This document shows positions 60,257 to 64,000 of a stretch of 64,000 nucleotides of DNA, one piece after another. Below the pieces are notes generated by a model. It made no database searches and was not told the DNA's origin. It saw only the letters and a list, made by a program, of their open reading frames with translations. Made by a program: the position numbers and the translations under genes. How positions within the stretch are numbered: position 1 is the stretch's first letter; each line of letters starts with the position of its first letter. This DNA is from the human T2T-CHM13v2.0 reference genome, Homo sapiens: assembly GCF_009914755.1 (NCBI RefSeq), contig NC_060938.1. One strand, written 5' to 3'.

Positions 60257-61558
60257 TCTCTATCACTATCATGGTACTTAGAGGGGAGCATCTTAAAATG
60301 ATTGAAGGCTAACTGCCCTAACAGCACAGGCAGATGGTGGCTTAAAATAGAATTTAAGTGGACTTAAAAAAACATGAAAAAAGTTGACATTGCATGCTCA
60401 TATGAGCTTATGGATCAAACCATGTGTATGATTTCTAAGATCCCTCGTGCAGTATATATTTGCACTGTTTATAAATGACATCCCCTTGAATTGAATTCAG
60501 TGCAATTCAAAACAGTAATTTGTGGGAAAAATTAGATATGCAGATAGCCTGGACTCTAGAGAGGCACACATCATTTGGAGAATAATAGTGAACCGGCTGG
60601 TCTATGAGGGAAGAAAACAGAGTGAATATAGACTATTAGTGAACAAGGATATTTTCCCATGTATATTCAAGTTAAGGTGAACTTCTTTAGAGAATTGTGC
60701 CTTAGAAAGAAAAAGTATTTCCCTATATTTGAGTCCTCCAAGTTTTCCTACGATGAGTGCTTTGTGATTATTTTGAATAACAAAGTAATATTTAAAGAAA
60801 CTCTATTGCCCTGAATGTACTTTACATCAATTGATGTTGCATATAGAGAGCATCAGAGTCAAGCCACAAGAAAAGAAGGAACATAACTTAGCAAAGACTT
60901 AGAGGATTAGTCCTAATAGTGTGAAATCAAAAGTTCAAGTGAGGGAATAAATGCAGCTTTTAATGAATACTTAAATGAAGTTTAACTCTAGAAGGATCTA
61001 CAAGAAATTGGCAACCTTTGGCTTCAGTAACAGAAACTCAGGGTATATGCCCTTCAGTGCTTTTGGATTCCGCATCATATTGAGAGCGACTCCTTTAAAC
61101 AAGCAATAAGAAACTTCCTGTGACAACATAATAAATTCAAAAAGTTCTGTAACTCAGACAATTTAGATAGAAGTGAGGACTTTGGCCTAGACAGCCCTGT
61201 TCACTCTAAAGATGGATTAAACAAGGAAAAAGATATTGATATCAAAAATTCAATCAGGAATTTGATTAAAGCATTTCATTAAATGTGATAATTTCTTAGC
61301 ATATTATCTTACATATGCAATATTCATGTGTAACAAATTAAATACAAGTAAACATTTGAGCATATTATCTGCAGCATAATTTACATATCAATTTACATAT
61401 TCAGTTTTGCTCACATGAAAACTTCGATATTCTCAATAAGAAAATTTGTGAAATCTTTAATTCCTCATCCCCAGGAATGTAAATAAGTAAATATAAATAT
61501 TGTAAGTCAGTGATTTTTTCCTAGGAAGACAGTAAAATTACTTTACACGCTTTCTCAT

Positions 61559-62058
61559 TGTAAACCTAAATAACAAACAGAGAAAGGTTCTCTAAAGGAA
61601 AAAGACACATCTTAGGGAGGAGGGCACTGCAATGGGAATATGCATGACAAAGCAAACTGTGTAGATTCAAATGGTAAAGGAAGACAAGGTCTTTAAAAGA
61701 AAAGCGATCAACCTGGAATTATGGGGGAGTAGAAAAAAATAAATAAAGGAAAAATGAACAGGCTTATATAATTGTTTTGTTATAGTTATCTTTGACTATA
61801 AAGATCAACAACAAGGTCGATGTCAGTTGAAGTTTGAGCAAGTGGTTGCTGGATAGATGTCCTCACAGAAGTGTATTTTGTGTAAGGTTGCTATGGCCTT
61901 TGTGCAAGGTTGTGGATTTTGCGGTATTTTGTGACAGTTTGTATCAGGCCTAGAAGCATGAGAACCCTCTCTTCAAGGCCTTCTCTGAATCTATTTGTTC
62001 AGGTTTTTTCTTTTCTTTTTAAAGATTACCGACAGTTTTGATTCTGATAACTTTTATA
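61559..62058 (-). mobile_element. ERV1 solo LTR, MER67-like
   Basis: Runs tgtaaacc…ttttgattctgataacttttata, with 4-bp TSD TCAT (61555-61558 and 62059-62062). Confidence 0.7.
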
Positions 62059-62316
62059 TCATGATCCCTAATTTCAAAAAAAAAATTAAACGTGTAACTT
62101 ATTTATGATGTATTTGATAGGCTTGGATTTATGAATCACCTCTACTATCTATAGTGGTAGATATATCTGAGCCTGCTTACACAGCACTTCCATCAGATTC
62201 TCTCTTCAGTGGAATGGAAGAGGGGGTTTCGGAGAAGGGGATGAAGGAATTGTGCTGCATCAGAGGTCCCCACCTAACAGCACAGGGCCTTTTTCTGTGC
62301 TCTTGCCAGGCCGTTG

Positions 62317-62363
62317 TATTGGCTGATGCAAAAGTAATTTTGGTTTTGTCATTGAAAGTAATG
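62317..62363. mobile_element. Half MADE1 (Hsmar1 mariner MITE)
   Basis: tattggctgatgcaaaagtaattttggttttgtcattgaaagtaatg corresponds to one TIR plus spacer. Confidence 0.75.
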
Positions 62364-62777
62364 AGACCATCTGACTTACAATGTCTGTGCCGTAACCAAC
62401 TCCTAATAGCCTCCTAGGACAGCTTTGCCCTGACATACACTGTCCTGGAACCACGTCTGCTTTGTAACTCCTGAGGTAGCTGCCACCATGACCAATGCCT
62501 TCTCATCTTTACTCTACATGCAGGTAACAGTTATAATTATATCTCTGTGTATTCACAGAACATTTAGTACATCTGGGACTTCTACAAAATTTCCCTAGCT
62601 GATTTTGGTGTTCTAGTGTCCTGGCAGCTCTAGCCATGAAGGGATGATGCTTTATCAGCATTTCTGTTGAGTTTTTTGCTTTTTCTCACAAACTGATTCC
62701 ACTTTTCCCACATAAGTTTGACAATTCATTTGAACTCATTTATTCTAAACCCATTATTTTTTGTCTATTATTTAATA

Positions 62778-62946
62778 GGGTGGGGGGCAAGGGATAAAAG
62801 ATAACAAATAAGGTGCAGTGTACACTGCTCGGGTGATGGGTGCACCCAAATCTCAAAAATAACCAGTAAAGAAGTTATTCATGGAACCAAATACCACCGT
62901 ACCCCAATAACCTATGGGAAAAAAAATAAAAAATACAATAAAAAAG
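62778..62946 (+). mobile_element. L1PB-like 3' end with A-tail
   Basis: cagtgtacactgctcgggtgatgggtgcacccaaatctca…taccccaataacctatgg followed by an A-rich tail. Confidence 0.85.
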
Positions 62947-63225
62947 AGTCAGAAAAAAAGAAAATAATCACTGTACTTACCATGACACTTAGAAATGGTG
63001 GCTAGCATTATTTGTGTCACCTAATAATATTATTATTTTTTCTTTATGCTACAAACTAGCTCTGCTATTACAATCACTACTATTTGAAGTGTTACTAAAT
63101 TAAATTAAATTTATTGTATCCTTCTGGACTCAGAAATGGGGGTAAATGCTAAGACAATTTCAGAATATTATCACATATTAAAAGCATATTATATGGGGAA
63201 AATGTGATTTTAAAAAAATAGAAAT

Positions 63226-63552
63226 TGGTAGAGAAACAGTTTTTTTGTCTCTTTAATTTCTGCACATTTTGCAAGTATGGACGCTGACTTTCTTGTTCCA
63301 AATGATTGTTTTCAAGCATGTTTGTATAGAAAACAGCCTTGGAATAGAAAACCAGTACCTCCTTCTGGAACAAAGGAAAAGTTTATTTACTGTCTAGTAT
63401 AATGCAGATAATTTCTCCCTCTTGGGAAGGGTACAGCCAAGTGAACTTCCCATAATACAAGTTGGGGTTTCTTGAGCTTGGTTTTTTCTTCCACAGTGTA
63501 ATGTGCAGGTGCCACATGGCTCTCTTTGTGTTATCCTGGGAAAGCTGATGGC
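63226..63552 (+). mobile_element. LTR fragment, MER77-like
   Basis: tgtttgtatagaaaacagccttggaa…agtataatgcagataatttctccctc motifs. Confidence 0.5.
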
Positions 63553-63980
63553 TGTAGGTGCATGTTTATTTTGGGGTTCTCTATTCTGTTTCATTGGTCT
63601 TTGTGTCTGTTTTCATATCGCTACCATGCTATTTTGTCTATTGTGGCCTTAGGGTATAGTATGAAGTCAAGTAATGTGATGTCTCCAGCTTTGTTCTTCT
63701 TGCTTAGGTTTCCTTTGGTTGTCTGGGCTCTTTAAAAATCCATATGAAATTTAGAATATATTTTTTTCTAATTCTGTGAAAAACGACATGGGTTGTTTCA
63801 TAGGAATAGTGTTGAATGTGTAGATTGCTTTTGGCAGTATAGCCATTTTAACAATATTGATCTTTCTAATCCATGAGCATGGAATAGTTTTCCATTTGCT
63901 TTGTCATCTATGATTTTTTTCTGCAGTGTTTTGTAGTTCTCCTTTTAGATATCATTTACCTCCTTGCTTAGACATATTCT
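63553..63980 (-). mobile_element. Older L1PA/L1PB ORF2 internal fragment
   Basis: gaagtcaagtaatgtgatgtctccagctttgttcttcttgcttagg…aatccatgagcatggaat in antisense. Followed by a (TTTTC)n tail of another element at the window edge. Confidence 0.88.
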
Positions 63981-64000
63981 TCTTTTCTTTTCTTTTCTTT

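Overview
Primate (very likely human) pericentromeric-type genomic DNA with no recognisable host protein-coding gene or RNA gene. Bases 1-13320 are a satellite III (HSat3)-type array of GGAAT/GGAGT pentamers. About every 380 bp it is punctuated by 35 copies of a ~70-bp cassette derived from the 3' end of an old Alu, and the cassettes are arranged in higher-order repeats. The array ends abruptly on a 344-bp internal L1 ORF2 fragment. The remaining ~50 kb is AT-rich, euchromatin-like sequence dense in transposable elements. These include an SVA carrying a HERV-H-like 5' transduction, a full-length dead L1PA4-like element, and an inverted 5'-truncated L1 that shares private mutations with it. There are also several Alus, solo LTRs (MER34-, MER21-, LTR16-, MER67- and MER77-like), DNA-transposon relics, MIR/L2 and old L1M fragments. 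Family and subfamily assignments come from my recall of consensus sequences, not from database searches.
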